A DNA stretch of 62,932 bases, counting the filler, from Hyphochytrium catenoides (lineage: Eukaryota > Protista > Hyphochytriomycota), in NCBI GenBank assembly GCA_900088475.1. It is 11 parts of 11 records of this genome, joined end to end, with 100 filler letters (N's around TTAATTAATTAA, not from the genome) between each part and the next. Parts side by side here need not be neighbours in the genome. Positions count along the whole stretch, not along the records: positions 12,342 to 15,837 come from FLMG01001683.1; positions 15,938 to 34,605 come from FLMG01003446.1; 9 more parts are not named here. The stretch is one strand, 5' to 3'. A program made the position numbers and the translations under genes. The notes under the pieces were generated by a model. The model was not told the origin of the DNA and did no database searches. It saw nothing but the letters and a program-made list of their open reading frames with translations. Shown here piece by piece: positions 13,556 through 26,477 of the stretch; within the stretch, counting starts at the first letter, position 1; every line of letters begins with the position of its first letter.

Positions 13556-13624
13556 CTCTCTCGCTTGAACCTCCAACTCTTTAATATATTCGCGCTTGCA
13601 CTCTCACACCCTTACCTCTCTCCA

Positions 13625-13679
<55 letters not shown>

Positions 13680-14569
13680 CCCTTTCGATATCAATCCTTT
13701 CTCTTTTCTTTACTGACAAATCTCCCTTGCTTCTAGTGAGCTCGAACTAGTCACGATGAGGAAGGTTGACGGTGATCAAGACTCACTACGCATCCTGTCC
13801 CTCAATTACTGCTCTCTCAACCCTGTTCGTTGCCATGGCAGCCCCTTTCTCTCTAACTCGTACGGAAGAAACCATTTAGCGAGTAATTAGACATACTCAT
13901 TTGTATATGCATCTCTATCATCCTCNNNNNNNNNNNNNNNNNNNNNNNNNNNNNNNNNNNNNNNNNNNNNNNNNNNNNNNNNNNNNNNNNNNNNNNNNNN
14001 NNNNNNNNNNNNNNNNNNNNNNNNNNNNNNNNNNNNNNNNNNNNNNNNNNNNNNNNNNNNNNNNNNNNNNNNNNNNNNNNNNNNNNNNNNNNNNNNNNNN
14101 NNNNNNNNNNNNNNNNNNNNNNNNNNNNNNNNNNNNNNNNNNNNNNNNNNNNNNNNNNNNNNNNNNNNNNNNNNNNNNNNNNNNNNNNNNNNNNNNNNNN
14201 NNNNNNNNNNNNNNNNNNNNNNNNNNNNNNNNNNNNNNNNNNNNNNNNNNNNNNNNNNNNNNNNNNNNNNNNNNNNNNNNNNNNNNNNNNNNNNNGGAGG
14301 AGAGACGACGGAGGACGAGAGAAAGAGAAGCACGACAGCGAGAGAAGTCAAAGAGAGAGAGAGAGAGACAGAGAGAGAGACAGAGACAGAGAGAGAGAGA
14401 GAGAGAGAGGACCGCATGCAAGGGAGAAAGAGACGCCAACGTTCAGACTGTAAAGTCCGTAGTGAGGAGAAAGAGAAAATCAATCTTCCAGGAGACAAGA
14501 GACAGTCGCGACAGGTCAGGTAGAAAAGAAAGAACTACACAGAAGGGAGAGAGAAAAAGGGAGAAAGGG

Positions 14570-14621
<52 letters not shown>

Positions 14622-14734
14622 GGAGAGAGAAAGGGAGAGAACGAGAGAGAGAGAGAGAGTTCACCTGACTCTCCGTGCTTGAGAGCCTCAGGCGTGGTCC
14701 CCTCCGCCAGCGCTTTCGACGCCTCTGCTCCCAT
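12541..14734 (-). CDS. Armadillo-repeat protein, Vac8-like (partial); exons 13249-13127 and 12663-12541, plus probable first exon 14734-14665
   Basis: Two ARM repeats, each one 123-nt exon: DRQVQIVELEGLKLLLPLTKSSDTEVQRLAAHALANLSVN and ENQVRMANDGGIEMLISLLDGANEHVQRQAAKALANLGVN. An upstream exon starts MGAEASK; an N gap lies between. Confidence 0.8.
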
Positions 14735-15295
14735 CTTTCCTACTATAATTTACTGGAGCCGCTGCCTGGAGGAAGCAGTATATTCAATTTCTCTCTTTCC
14801 TGCTCTCTCTCTCTCTCTCTTTTTCTCTCTCTCTCTCTCTCTCTGTCTCTCCCCCTCTCTCTCTCTCTAGCTTGCTCTTTCTCTCTCTTCCTCATTTTCT
14901 CTCACTGCGTGTGTGCAGCTTTGCCTTTCTGGCTTCAAGCGGATGCAGGGAATGCCTTGTGCCTTTCTCTCTTTCTTTCTTCTCTCTCTCTCTCTTTCCT
15001 TTCTCTCTTCCTCACTGTCACCTGTGTATTCCTAAGTTCAGCGTGGAGGCAGGGCAACAGCCCTCAGGACATGTTGTGCGCTGTCCACGTCCTGCCGCCG
15101 TAAAGAGAAAGAAGAATGAGAGAGACAGAGAAAGAGAGAGAGAAAGGGAGACACAAAGAGAGAGAAAAAGAGAGAACGTGAAGAGAAAGACTTGGCCACC
15201 GCCTTAGATCTCTCCGCTGTGAGACAATGGCTTTTGCCTGCCCTAAAAGGAGGAAGAGAGAGATTGGTGAGAAAGAGTGCAAAGTAGAAAGAGAA

Positions 15296-15328
<33 letters not shown>

Positions 15329-16107
15329 AAAAGAGAGAGAGAGACAGAGAGAGAGAGAGACAGTGATGACAGAGAAGCAGCAGTTATTATCGGAGAAGGA
15401 GTTCGCTTCATACCTGTTGGCAGTCTCTTCCCCTCTCTCTCTCTTTCCCTAGGACTTGATAGTACTTTCTGGGGTGTCTGTCGCTCTCTCGTTTCTCTCT
15501 TGGGCTTGACGTCTCTCTTCTCTCGTTCTCTCTTTCTTCCAGAAGCCGTGGCTGGCTGTGTTTCAGTGTTCCTTCAGACAGAGCCTGTGCAAAGTTGCTT
15601 GCAAACTCTCTCTCTCTCTTTCTCTCTCTCTCCCTTTTTTTTGGAAGCTTATCCAAGTGAATTACTGAGCCTCCGTGATGTCTTTCTCTTTTTCTCTTCT
15701 TGTCTCTCTTTTCTAAAACTCCAGACGGTGCCGCCTCTTTTGAAGTTACTAAAGGGTTGCCTTTAGTTCCGGTTGGCGTTTGTTTCGCGTTCTTCAATGA
15801 CCTCTCTCTCTTCTTTCTCTCTCTCTCTCTCTCTCTCNNNNNNNNNNNNNNNNNNNNNNNNNNNNNNNNNNNNNNNNNNNNTTAATTAATTAANNNNNNN
15901 NNNNNNNNNNNNNNNNNNNNNNNNNNNNNNNNNNNNNTATCCAGCAGCTGGAAGGAGTGGGAAGGACGTAGCAATTATCACTTCCTAGTTGGCACTGTCA
16001 GAGGCCTGGGAATTCTTACTGCATCTCTCTCTCTCTTTTCTTCCTTTGTCTCCTCTCACTTTGACTGACTCTATCTGTCTCTTGGCACTCGTACATCCCT
16101 ATATCAG

Positions 16108-16777
16108 GTGTGCTTGGTATCTTCTGGGCCGGACATCATGTTCAAGCCCAAGCAGGTGGTCCACATAACTCCTGCTGCTCCTTCAAATAATCCACAGTGG
16201 GAAGAGGGTGCCGCCTTCGCTGCAGAGATCAAACCAGCAGAACTGTATGGGAAGAGTGTCTGGAACGGACCGCTAGGTGAGAGCAGATGTTCCCCGGTCT
16301 CTGGCTCTTCAGCACTCCCCACTCCATGAGCTAACCGCTGCTGCACTTATCTGTATCCGTGGTTCTCACTCTGTGTGCCTTGCCTCGCTTATTTAGATCT
16401 CCTCTCGAATTAATATATTTTGCTTGTCTTGGCGCTGTCTAGGGGATGTCCTGTTCATGGTGTACACCAGTGCGAATGGAGCTCCTTCCATCTTTATCGG
16501 CCAGGCTGTAATCGGAGTGGCCTCTCTCATTGACGTGGAAAGAGCAGAGATAGTTGGAGGAGCACAGAGCGTCTTCACGGAGTAAGACTATTGATAATGA
16601 CCTGCGGGCTCTCTTACTACTGCCGGTTGCTGTCTTAACGCTTCTTCACTGTTTGATCGATCGTCTAGCCAAGCCCCAGAGCTATCACTGACGTTTTTCT
16701 CAATATATCTTCTTCGTTTTATCGTCTTTGCGCCATCTCTACATCCGCCTCAGCAGCGTACCTCTGGCGTCTCTTTC

Positions 16778-16817
<40 letters not shown>

Positions 16818-19800
16818 GTCTGTGTCCGTCTGTCTGTCTGTGTCTCTCTGTTATCCTCTTCTGTCTCCCGTAGCTCACACCTCACGTGCCTGGCGCTACC
16901 TAGCTCTCACCTTTTTTCTCTCTTCCTCATTCATTTACCCTACCCGCCAACAGCTGGGTGCCCCTTCAGAACCGAGACTGTACAAGGGCAGCTGGGGGAC
17001 ATCTAGAAGTTAATCTGCAGATGATTCTCCCGATAGCAGCCCGAAGCATCTCTCCAAGAAAGCTTTTACACCGCAGGGAAGGCAGAGATATAAGTGCACA
17101 AGATGGGGACATTCAAGAGAGTGGGATAGAAAACTTGGCTGAAACTGTGCTAGAACGGCCGAGGAGTGCTCAAATGTCAGAGCTAGATAAACAGAAGAAA
17201 GAGAGAGAAGGGGCCAGGCCCCAGTCTTCCTACGATCGCAACAGGAGGAAGCTCCAAGATAGAATCTCAGAAGAGAATGCAAGAAACCAGAAGAAGCTAC
17301 AAGCCATAACGGGCAAGCAGTTAGGGGCCAAGCGAGGAAAAAAGGTGCCTCAATACACGTCTCCCGCTATCATTCTTTATCGATGCTCAGTCTTCTAGAG
17401 AGTTTGGTTACGTCTGGGTCTTTGCTTTCCGCTTTCACCTCGAACCCTTTCTGTGTCAACTCCGTCCCCTCCTGTCCACAGTCCTGCTTAGGTTATTTTT
17501 CCTTCTTCCAATGACGCCCGCCTCTTACCACGCCCTTTCTCTGTTTTTTCCACACTATGGCTGTTCCTCGCAGCCATCACCCTCCGCTTTTAACCCTGTC
17601 ACAGCCCAAGGCTCGAAAAAGAAGTACCTCGAAGAAAGGAGAAAGGAGAAGGAAAAGAAAGAGAATGACCTCTTAAGCAAGAAGCTCCAGCAGTACTCGC
17701 TTAAGAAAAAGATTGCCTTCACTGATATAGAGGTGAGCCTTGTCCTGCTGAGAGCTGTCAGCAGACTAGTGTCCTCTTCCTATCATTATTTTGTCTATGT
17801 GTGACCACTACAGCGACCTTTCGCAGAGTCATCGCCTAACTCCTGACACTTCTCGCTTCTTCTCTGCCTTGACGCGTTGGCTGTGGTCTTCAGATCAAGG
17901 AAAGACAGGTGGAGGTGGAGCGATTGGAGTCCATGCGATCAGCCAAGGCGGAACAGGAAGCGCGCAATAGATACAACCGACAAATTCTACTTATGGGTAA
18001 GGTGTATGCTTGTCTCCTGAGGAACCGATCGATTCTTATCCTGGCTTTCTTTCCGTATACCTGCTGCTTATAATCTATCTTCTCTGTCTTTTTATGTGTG
18101 TCTCTCTCCCTTCATCGACTTCTCGCATCCCTCCGCCTTGCCCTTTGTTTCTTCTTGCTCTTTTGCTGCTTACTCCTTTTGGCCGTCGGATCAACCTTCA
18201 GCTCTATGACTCGATTGACTGTATCACTTCCTCTTTCCCATTTTACCTTCAAATAGAGGAGCAAGAAAGGCTGGAGAAAGAGGTGGGCGGGCTAACAGCG
18301 GAGCTAGATGAAGCCACAATCGAGAACAAGAGACAGGAGGTCATCAATGGTAGGAAGCGAAGGATGCTTGGAAGATAGAAAGGCGAATGAGAGAGCAAAG
18401 GGAGAGAGAGACGGTAGAGCACCAAAAACGGAGAGCCCCGAGGATTGTTGGGAGTACGATTGCACCTAGATCATACTATGCCATAGTCTGAGGCTGCTCA
18501 GGCTAATTCGCCTCTTGTCTGTACACCTCAGCCAAGCTAAAGAAGAAGACCACTTCAGTTTGGACGCCTCAACCGACGCCAATGGAGGTAGGTCTCTGTG
18601 TGCCGTCCTAGTTCGCACACATCCGTCATTTCTCCGCTAACCACTGCTTCTTAAGGCATAATGTTTAACCCAGATGGGCTGTTTCTATTTGTCTCTCTGA
18701 CACGTAACCTCGCTACCTCCTTCAAAGCGTACTTGTCTTCCTCTTTTCCTCTCGACTTCGGTTGCTTCCTCCATTGAATGCTGAATGCAATGCTGAATGC
18801 AATTCCAGGGCAATGGATTGCTGAGTAGAAGACCGGGTAGCGCAGGAATCACTGAAGATGGAGGTAGAAGAAGTGACTGGACTTTGCGGCTCAGTTTCTC
18901 TCCCTCTCAACTTTCTCCCTTGCTTTGGCTGTTGGCTTGCTCATATCGGTCTTAGTCCCATGATCTGCTGAACCTCATTATCCTGCCAGACGAGCCAACG
19001 GAGTGTAAATTGATGCGGGAAAGACTGAGAGTCATAGAAAAGCAACACGAGATTCTCAGCAAGGCAAAGGAGGAGAAGGAGGAAGCGAGAAAGATCCTGG
19101 AGGACGAGGTGCTAAGTATGGAGGCCGAGTTGACAAAGATCCGCGATAGGCTGATGAGAGCGAGGAGTAGAAGTGAATGGATCAAGCGTAAGAGACATGC
19201 CGTCGTTGCTCTTCCAAACATGCCCTTGCTATTGCATCTCCACACCTCACATTAACAACATTGTGCATGACCATACATTGTGCATGACCTCCATTCTCTC
19301 AGTACCTGGCTTTTCTGGACCGTAGATCTCTCGAACTGCTATTCTTCCTCATCCTCCTTTTTTATGGACTACCATCACTGACTGTCTTATCTAGCAGAGA
19401 AAGGCCACAGTTTGATGCTTACCGAAGAAGAGTTAAGAGCATCATCAGACGCCACGAGGAGAGCTCTCTCTTCTTCCCTTCATCGTACAGAAGAAGAACA
19501 ACGGAATCTAGATCGGGCGGAAGAGATGAGACACAAGCTCCAAGCTGAGATCAGAATGCTTGAGATGAGCAAGGAGAAGTATAGCCAAGACGAAGAGTCC
19601 AGACTAGCCCGCCTGATGGCAGAGAAGGTAAGGGATACTCGAACAAAGAACGGACAGCGAAAGACCGAAGAGAAGAATACTTCTTCAGCGACATCCCGCA
19701 GTGGAGCGAGAGGAGCAGTAGAGCTATGTATTCCCAGTATTGTCCGGGGCTACATCGCTCGACCGTGTCTCCAAGCTCTAGTCTTTACTTCCTGATTATC

Positions 19801-20010
19801 ACCCTTTCCTTCCCGCAGGACGTTATTCTGCAAAAGGTAGTGAAGAAGAAGGATAAGATCAACATATGCCGGGCTCAGTTGGAGACTTTGAAGCAGGAGT
19901 ATGAAGACTTCTTCAAGGATAATAGCTTCGAAGAGCTCTCAAGGGTGGTCCGAGAGCTTCAAAGGACGGTCCTCCTGTGTCAAAGGGAACAGCGCTCCGC
20001 TGGCAACTGA
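16108..20010 (+). CDS. C2-like domain followed by long coiled-coil region; multi-exon, 5'-partial
   Basis: Exons with C2-like motifs (SNNPQWEEGAAF; GDVLFMVYTS...IFIGQAVIGV; LPLQNRD...GHLEVNLQM), then E/K/R/L-rich heptad exons (18256-, 19010-, 19412-, 19820-) with GT-AG junctions. Confidence 0.6.
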
Positions 20011-21844
20011 GCAGAGGGGCCGATGTTTCCCCGCGGTCCCCTTAAATGTCTTAGTCTTCTAGTTGTCCAACTCTATTATCTCTTCCCAGTAGTTTTAGCC
20101 TGCTAGTTAGAAGGATAACTCTACGCCACGCAATCTGTTTGTACACGCAGTGACCAACTCTAGATAGCGCATATTTACATCTCTACCTCTGCCACTATTT
20201 CTCCGTTCTTTCTCATCGAGGCATACTTGATGTTCTAGAGCTAGCCTAGAATGTAACAGGCCCCGTACATCCCTATAGTTCCAACTTATAACGCCCATAT
20301 CCAAGCCACAACTCCTTATCGTTGCATCGCCTGCCCCTTACAATTTGAACCGGAGAAGAGACCAACCTTGCACGGCGCCGTTGTGCAAGAGGCTGGCTAG
20401 CCCTAGGTGAAGGACGAAGGACGAACATCACCATAGCAAAACGGATCCAGCGCAGCTTCAAGCTTTAGCTCCATGAGGAACTACTCATCAGGAGCCGCCC
20501 ACATTGGTCCTAGGAATCCTTCAGAAACCGAAACTTGGATCCATTTCTGTGCCTCTGTCATTGCCCTGTACGCACTGTTATACAGCCGTTCGTCTCTTTG
20601 TAAGCGTTGTACGCGACAGGTGAAGTTTGTAAAAGGATAGAGCCGTTCCCTACATAAAGTGGGTTATTCGCTCCCCATCCACCTTCTTTATCCCTATTAT
20701 TCAGTCTTTCTTCATCATCTCCAATTGCTCAAGGCCTACCCGCCCCATCCACCCTACCACACACTGTCTCGTCCTTCGATCTCCTTCCAAAGCGAGTCCA
20801 CAACTGCCACAGAACAACCAGCGGATCTTGGTGTCGGAGTTTCTGGCTTGGACCTTGTGGTGACACTGTGAGGGAACACCGTTATTCTCCCACCCATCCT
20901 CATCCACTCTTTTTTCAAGTTGAATGCCTGTCTTTGTGACCACCTCTCCACACCCAACCCCAATGACCAAAGGAGGCGGCGGCGGAATGGGACGATCCCC
21001 GGCCGAAAATAGTATGAGTCCAGACTCCAAAAAGTGTCTGAATCGGGTAATAGACTCCATTTATTCGAAATAAAAGGCGTTCGTTCTTTTAGGCCAGGGG
21101 TCGTGGTTCAAAATCCAACCTAAAAGTACCGTTTGCGGTAGAAATATAGCCCTAACGGCTATGTACACGGCTCTCTTCATACCCCGGCCAGCCGCCTTCT
21201 GGTGGAAGGTTGGCCCTGAGACACCAAGGAAGAGCGCGATGGAGCCGGTGCGTTTCTATGTCGAGGGCCGCTGAAGACAGGAAACTCTGTCTTGTTCTGT
21301 CTCAACCTTCAAAACGCCACTTGACTTTCACAGTTCAAACCTCAAAGCCCTTGAGAGATAAAAACTGCATTGCACTGCAGCAGAAAGCAAAGAGACAGAG
21401 AGCAGCAACGTTCTCTGCTCATTTGAACTTCCCCTGATTTTTGAATCAGTTGTCCCCCTCTTCCTAGGGGTTGAAGAGGGCAAAATCCGGCTTGACGCTG
21501 GTTGCTTTTGAGCAGTCATCTCTTGGCAGAAGAAGCAAGCCGCCTCTAGACCAGACCTGTCTGGCAGCTAGACAAGCAAAGAGCACATCAGCAGCTCTCA
21601 AGCAGCAGCTGGAGACAAGGAGAGATCGCCACGGCAGACCAACAACAACGAGACGAGCTTTTATTTAGCTCAATCTCATTGATATTTCCCGTTTCGTTCA
21701 TTGCACGTGGAGAGCGAGCTTCCAAAAGCGAACGGACGATATCTTTCGCCCTTCCCATCGCTAGACGTTCGAAGCCAAGAGGCCGACACTGATCGTAACA
21801 TACCCCGGGAGGGGCCGAAGATTAACTAGTCTGGCGACTACTAG

Positions 21845-22624
21845 ATGACTTCATTGCTTCTACTACTCGACAGCATGGCAAAAAAGACGACCGATCCAAC
21901 CCAGCAGACAGGCACTCCTGAGAAGAAGAGAGTCAAAAAGGCAAAGGGCACCGGCAAAACCAAGAAGAAGAAGAATGGCGTGCGGACCAAGACGGGTCCT
22001 AAGTGCTCGGTTGCGGGTTGTCAGAAGTACAGAGTCGCGCAAGGCCTATGTATCGCGCATGGTGCCATCACCCGACGATGCTCGGAGCCTGGCTGCGACA
22101 AGCATGTCAAGGCGCAAGGTCTCTGCGTCACACACGGCGCCAAATTCAAAAGATGCTCTTTCAAGGATTGTACAAAGTACAGAGTAAGACAGGGCCTCTG
22201 CATTGCGCACGGCGCAAAGCTTGCAACTACTTGCTCGGTGGAAGGCTGTGAGGGTAAGGTAAAGGGTCAGGGCCTTTGTGCAGAACACGGTGGTAAGAGC
22301 AAGCCAAGGTGCAAGGTGGAAGGCTGCCTGAAGCAGGCCATCAACAAAGGCCTCTGCATGGGTCATCGCGCAACCAAGATTAGCCCCTGTACCATGGCTG
22401 GTTGTACAAAGCGCGCTCTTAAGGGCGGCCTTTGCATTGCACACAGCGATCCATCTGTCGTGAAGCGTCTGCAATGTTCTGAGCCAGGCTGCAAGAAGTG
22501 GAAAGTTGCTCAGGGCCGCTGCATTGCTCACGGGGCACAGGTAAAGCGTTGCCTGGTCCCTGGCTGTGGCAAGCATCGGCAGAAGGAGGGCTATTGCGTG
22601 GCACATTGGCGCCAGGAGGAGTAA
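21845..22624 (+). CDS. WRKY19-like zinc-finger repeat protein (8 x C-x4-C-x9-C-x2-H); intronless, basic NLS-like N-terminus
   Basis: Eight repeats such as CSEPGCDKHVKAQGLCVTHG; KKRVKKAKG...KKKK upstream. Confidence 0.9.
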   Translation: MTSLLLLLDSMAKKTTDPTQQTGTPEKKRVKKAKGTGKTKKKKNGVRTKTGPKCSVAGCQKYRVAQGLCIAHGAITRRCSEPGCDKHVKAQGLCVTHGAKFKRCSFKDCTKYRVRQGLCIAHGAKLATTCSVEGCEGKVKGQGLCAEHGGKSKPRCKVEGCLKQAINKGLCMGHRATKISPCTMAGCTKRALKGGLCIAHSDPSVVKRLQCSEPGCKKWKVAQGRCIAHGAQVKRCLVPGCGKHRQKEGYCVAHWRQEE

Positions 22625-23146
22625 GTAATACGCTAGTCTTTGTATGAAATAAGAGTAATCTTTTAACTTTATATGGAACCAAAAGAAAAAGCTGCTGTTT
22701 TTGTCCTCATCGCCATCAACACCTTCTGCCCGATTCAGTATCCTTTATCGATGAGGCTCCAACAAAAGACTAGTGGCTCATCCAGCTCCACGTTTTCAAA
22801 GTTGAATTGTATTTTACAGCTCATCCATGCATTCTCTTCCTACACTTTGCCTGCGGCAGCCTTGCACTAGTGCAGCTTTGACGGCTCTAGAGTAGTGCAA
22901 AGGAGGTCCCAACAACTGGGCCTTAGGCCTAACGTAGCCCAGTAAGCGGGGCATAAAGAGCGTTCGGAAATGCTTGGCTGTTTGTGTACATCCATCAACC
23001 ATCCCTCCCGTCCTTCACCTCCGCCTCGCTATAGAGGTCCCTCACCTTAAAATTCTTTAGGACTATTAGGAAGGAATGGGGCTAAGCTATCCGCGGCATA
23101 CAGATAATAAATATTGAGTGTGGACGACAACAGAGAGCTGGACAAC

Positions 23147-26010
23147 TTAGTCCCAGGCAAAATCGCGCCCGACGAGCTCATAGAGTCGCTGGTTGTACGG
23201 CTTAAAGAATTCCATCAGCTCGCTTCTCAGCGTCTCAGACAGTGGAGAGTACTGCCGCGTGTTCTTTGGTGCCGTGTCATCGAGCACGTGGTGTGGGAGG
23301 CCCAGAAACTCAAAGACCCGGTTCACGGTCGCCTGCGAGACACACCAATAGTTAAAAATAAGACGAAGTCGACCTTGCTGGTGGGACAAAGATAGGTGGG
23401 CCGACTCGCAGAAGAATCTCAGTTCCAAAGAAGAAGACATTGAGTACAGAGGTAAGCACCACTCAAAACAATACTGCGAAGGAGTGATAACGGCCGTTCA
23501 CTTCTGGGTGACCCAAGTAGAATGACAACTATCAGTTGCTTATGGCGGAACAAGCATCTTCAAAAACTAGTACCTGAGTCTTCTCCGCACCCTTCATGTC
23601 GTCAAGACTGAGAATCATGACTTGATCACGAGGGTATGCAGCTAGCCACTGCTCTATCTGAAAGGCATACAAGCCCCTCCCTAAGAAGGAGTGCCCTCCA
23701 TGTCCCTGAGGGCGTGAGGCTAGGAAGGCGCTCTCAAAATGCTTCACAGACACTTCCGGTGTGATATCCAGTTCATGCAACTCGTCCAGCTCCTCCTCTA
23801 CTACCTGCTGAAAGGTCTTCTTCCCAAGTGCATGATGTCCCCTGTACAAAGAAACAGGACGTAAGAAGGAGAAGCTAAGAAGAAGGAGGAGCTCTCCACC
23901 GCTCGCATCTTCAAACCCGTAAACAGTTTATCCCCTCAACGCAAAAGTACTTCCATGATCATCTCCAGACTCATCGGCTGTTAAGCATCTTCGTCGACTC
24001 GCGATTGATTCTATATAATTTGAGCACCTTCTCTCCTTGTCAAGTCCACGCACCTATTTCTTAGCTGGGCATGGCTGCCTTCAGGATCTGCCGTCATGTT
24101 GTAGTGAGAGAAGGCCCTAGAGACCGGATCTCGCAGAACTATGATAATCTTGGCCTTAGGTGCCAGCAGCTGACCGAGAAGAACCAAAGTGTGAGCATCG
24201 AGAGAGGACAAAAGGTGGCAGTAGTTGGCTGAACAGTATAAAGCGAAGCTCCAGAGGAACAAAGCGCGCTAGAAGAGGTGCTCACCTTGGCCCTTGTGAT
24301 GACCTTAGAACCTCCCAGTAGGTAGCTTGGCGTCGCTTCCCCCGTCATGATGCTGGGATGGTCCAGCAACTGCTCTTCAAAGAAGAAATTATTATAGAAA
24401 GCTTTGTGAGCTCGGACATTCTCTTCCTTATCCAGGCTCCCCAGCTTATCATTCCATCGCCAATCGAAGTAATGCGACTCCTTTCTCCTGGCTTTCAAAA
24501 CCAACGGGTGTTGGCAGATAAAGTCGTAGAGGCTGGAAGTGCCGGCCTTCTGTGCCCCAACAATAAGAAAGGAGGGGAATTCCCTCGTTCCTCTCTCGCT
24601 CTTTAAGTCGACAGACCTCCTTGTCTGCATCAGTACGTCCGTCGGCTGAAGCTTGAGAGTCCTCAAAGGAAAGCCATCCTCAACATAGTCAAAGATAAGG
24701 TGCACACGCGGAGTATCGCTACCATTATAAACCTAGGTCGGAATAAGAGGAAGGCGTTGAGCTGCCACATTGCTCTGACGCCGACGGAATCCCGCCACTT
24801 GTCGAACCTATCCCCTTGAGGCCTTTGTGATTGCCTTCTTTCTCTGACCTCCGACTGCTGTTTCCTCCCAAAATCTATACCTTTCTACCGCTCCACCTTT
24901 ATTCTCTTTCCTCCGATTTGCTTCTTCTTCAATACTTTCCCTTGACAGAAGATAGGGCTTCTTACCATATGCTTGGCACGGTTATTGAGCTCGATAATTC
25001 TTCCCGTTTCAAAGCGTACCCTTGTTAGCTCTTTCTCGCATGCACCGACCTGCACATCGCGTACACTGGTGAGCACGGAAAGGGGAGAAGCTACCTCTCT
25101 CTCTCCTTCTCCTCCGCGCCATATTGGCCATTCTCCTACTTTAAGGGCTTGAGCTATTCTGTGGACCATCCTCACCCAACTCTTCTCTTTTGTGCTAAAC
25201 CTATCTTCTGTGCCATGTAACTCACCTTGAACTCCACCAGATTATTTGTCACAATAGGGACGTGGATGCGGTGAGTCTTGGAGACCCATAGACCCGTATC
25301 ATGATGCACTGGTATCAGATTCTTGGGCGGCATCATTGCAAAAAGGCAGCGAACAATCTGAAGGGCAATGAAGAGTCAGAGGTAAAGGACAAGTCAGAAA
25401 TTAACAAATAGAGAGACAGAGAAGGAATTGGCCAAGAGCCAAGAGCCATCGCCACCGTCTCACCCTATTCTCCGCTATCCCAAGCTGCTGGAAGATCGGA
25501 GATAGGTGTTCTCGCCACTTCGCCCACCAGGGCAGCTGGAAAACTCTCTGCAGATAGTCATCACTGAAGATCAGCACAATCTTTCCCACGCCCCACATGT
25601 CATGTCCCGCCCGCTTCATCTCGATGTTGCCGCGCTGTTTCTTAGGGTCCCAGATGTCATCGCCACCCTCCTCGATCAGTGCCAAAATCTTCGAGATGTC
25701 AACGGAGCCTCGATCGACCACAAGAGATAGCTTGAAGACCTCTTCTCGAGCGAGCTCACAAAGAGGAGCCTCTTTCTCGCTGCAAAAGAGGTCCATGATA
25801 AAGAGATGATGAGGCAAAGAGTGGACGAAGAGACAAGTGTGAGAAGTGCGAAGCATGTTAACTCAAACTCAGCAGATAAGGACAGACCAGCAATGGAGAG
25901 AGAATAAGGAGGACAGACCACGGAGGCCAGAAATATTGTCAATATAACCTGAGGTGGATGACTCCTGGCCCAGGTGTTGGGGCCTCTTCCTCTTCTGCCA
26001 TGGGAGACAT
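23147..26010 (-). CDS. Fusion protein: aspartyl/asparaginyl beta-hydroxylase-type 2OG-Fe(II) oxygenase + PAPS sulfotransferase (heparan-sulfate 3-O/N-sulfotransferase-like); about 8 exons
   Basis: IPVHHDTG...RIHVPIVTN...ELNNRAKHMVYNGSDTPRVHLIFD (HxD...H triad, 2OG-binding R). Exon 24732-24286 runs directly into FPSFLIVGAQKAGTSSL (5'-PSB); LRDPVSRAFSHY (3'-PB); C-terminal FFKPYNQRLYELVGRDFAWD*. Confidence 0.9.
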
Positions 26011-26432
26011 GCTTAGGCCGAGCTGCTAATGATTGGATGACCTAGACAGAGCCGCAGAGGTCTAAAGCTCAGTGCAACAGCACCAACTTAGAGAGACGAA
26101 AGCTTTTGATCCCGTTCGCGTCCAGAACAAGCACCAAAGAATGTCCTTGTACCGAGAAGACCAGGAGTGAGACGGCAATCGAGGCAGCCTTTGAAGCGCC
26201 ACCGCTTGCTGATGCGTTCTCTAAGTTTGATAAGAGGACGAGGCAGCAGGATAATCACTCAGATTCCATCATGTTCTTCATGATAGCGGTTGAGAGACAG
26301 CTGTAGTTCCATGTAGTTTGAGAGAACTTGACAAAGAGCCAGAATGGAGAGAGAGAGAGAGAGAGAGAGAGAAGGAGAGAGAAAGAGAGAGAGAGAGGGA
26401 GAGAGAGAGGAGAGGAGAGAGAGAGAGAGAGT

Positions 26433-26477
<45 letters not shown>

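Larger units (their letters stand above)
257..15837. repeat. Dense (GA)n/(CT)n microsatellite and degenerate polypurine/polypyrimidine tracts in introns and intergenic DNA (also 26345-26690, 36640-38070)
   Basis: Directly visible; most contig breaks fall at these repeats. Confidence 0.97.

Noticed and set aside
295-15885. Dozens of SLSLSL / RERERE ORFs
   Set aside because: Translations of (CT)n/(GA)n microsatellites, mostly intronic.
19260-19290. Short tandem duplication ACATTGTGCATGACC
   Set aside because: Two-copy intronic slippage duplication; unremarkable.
22855-22890. Helitron 3' end (TGCACTAGTGCA palindrome then CTAG) downstream of the WRKY19-like gene
   Set aside because: CTAG is followed by A rather than T, the hairpin is short, and no 5' end or Rep/helicase is seen.
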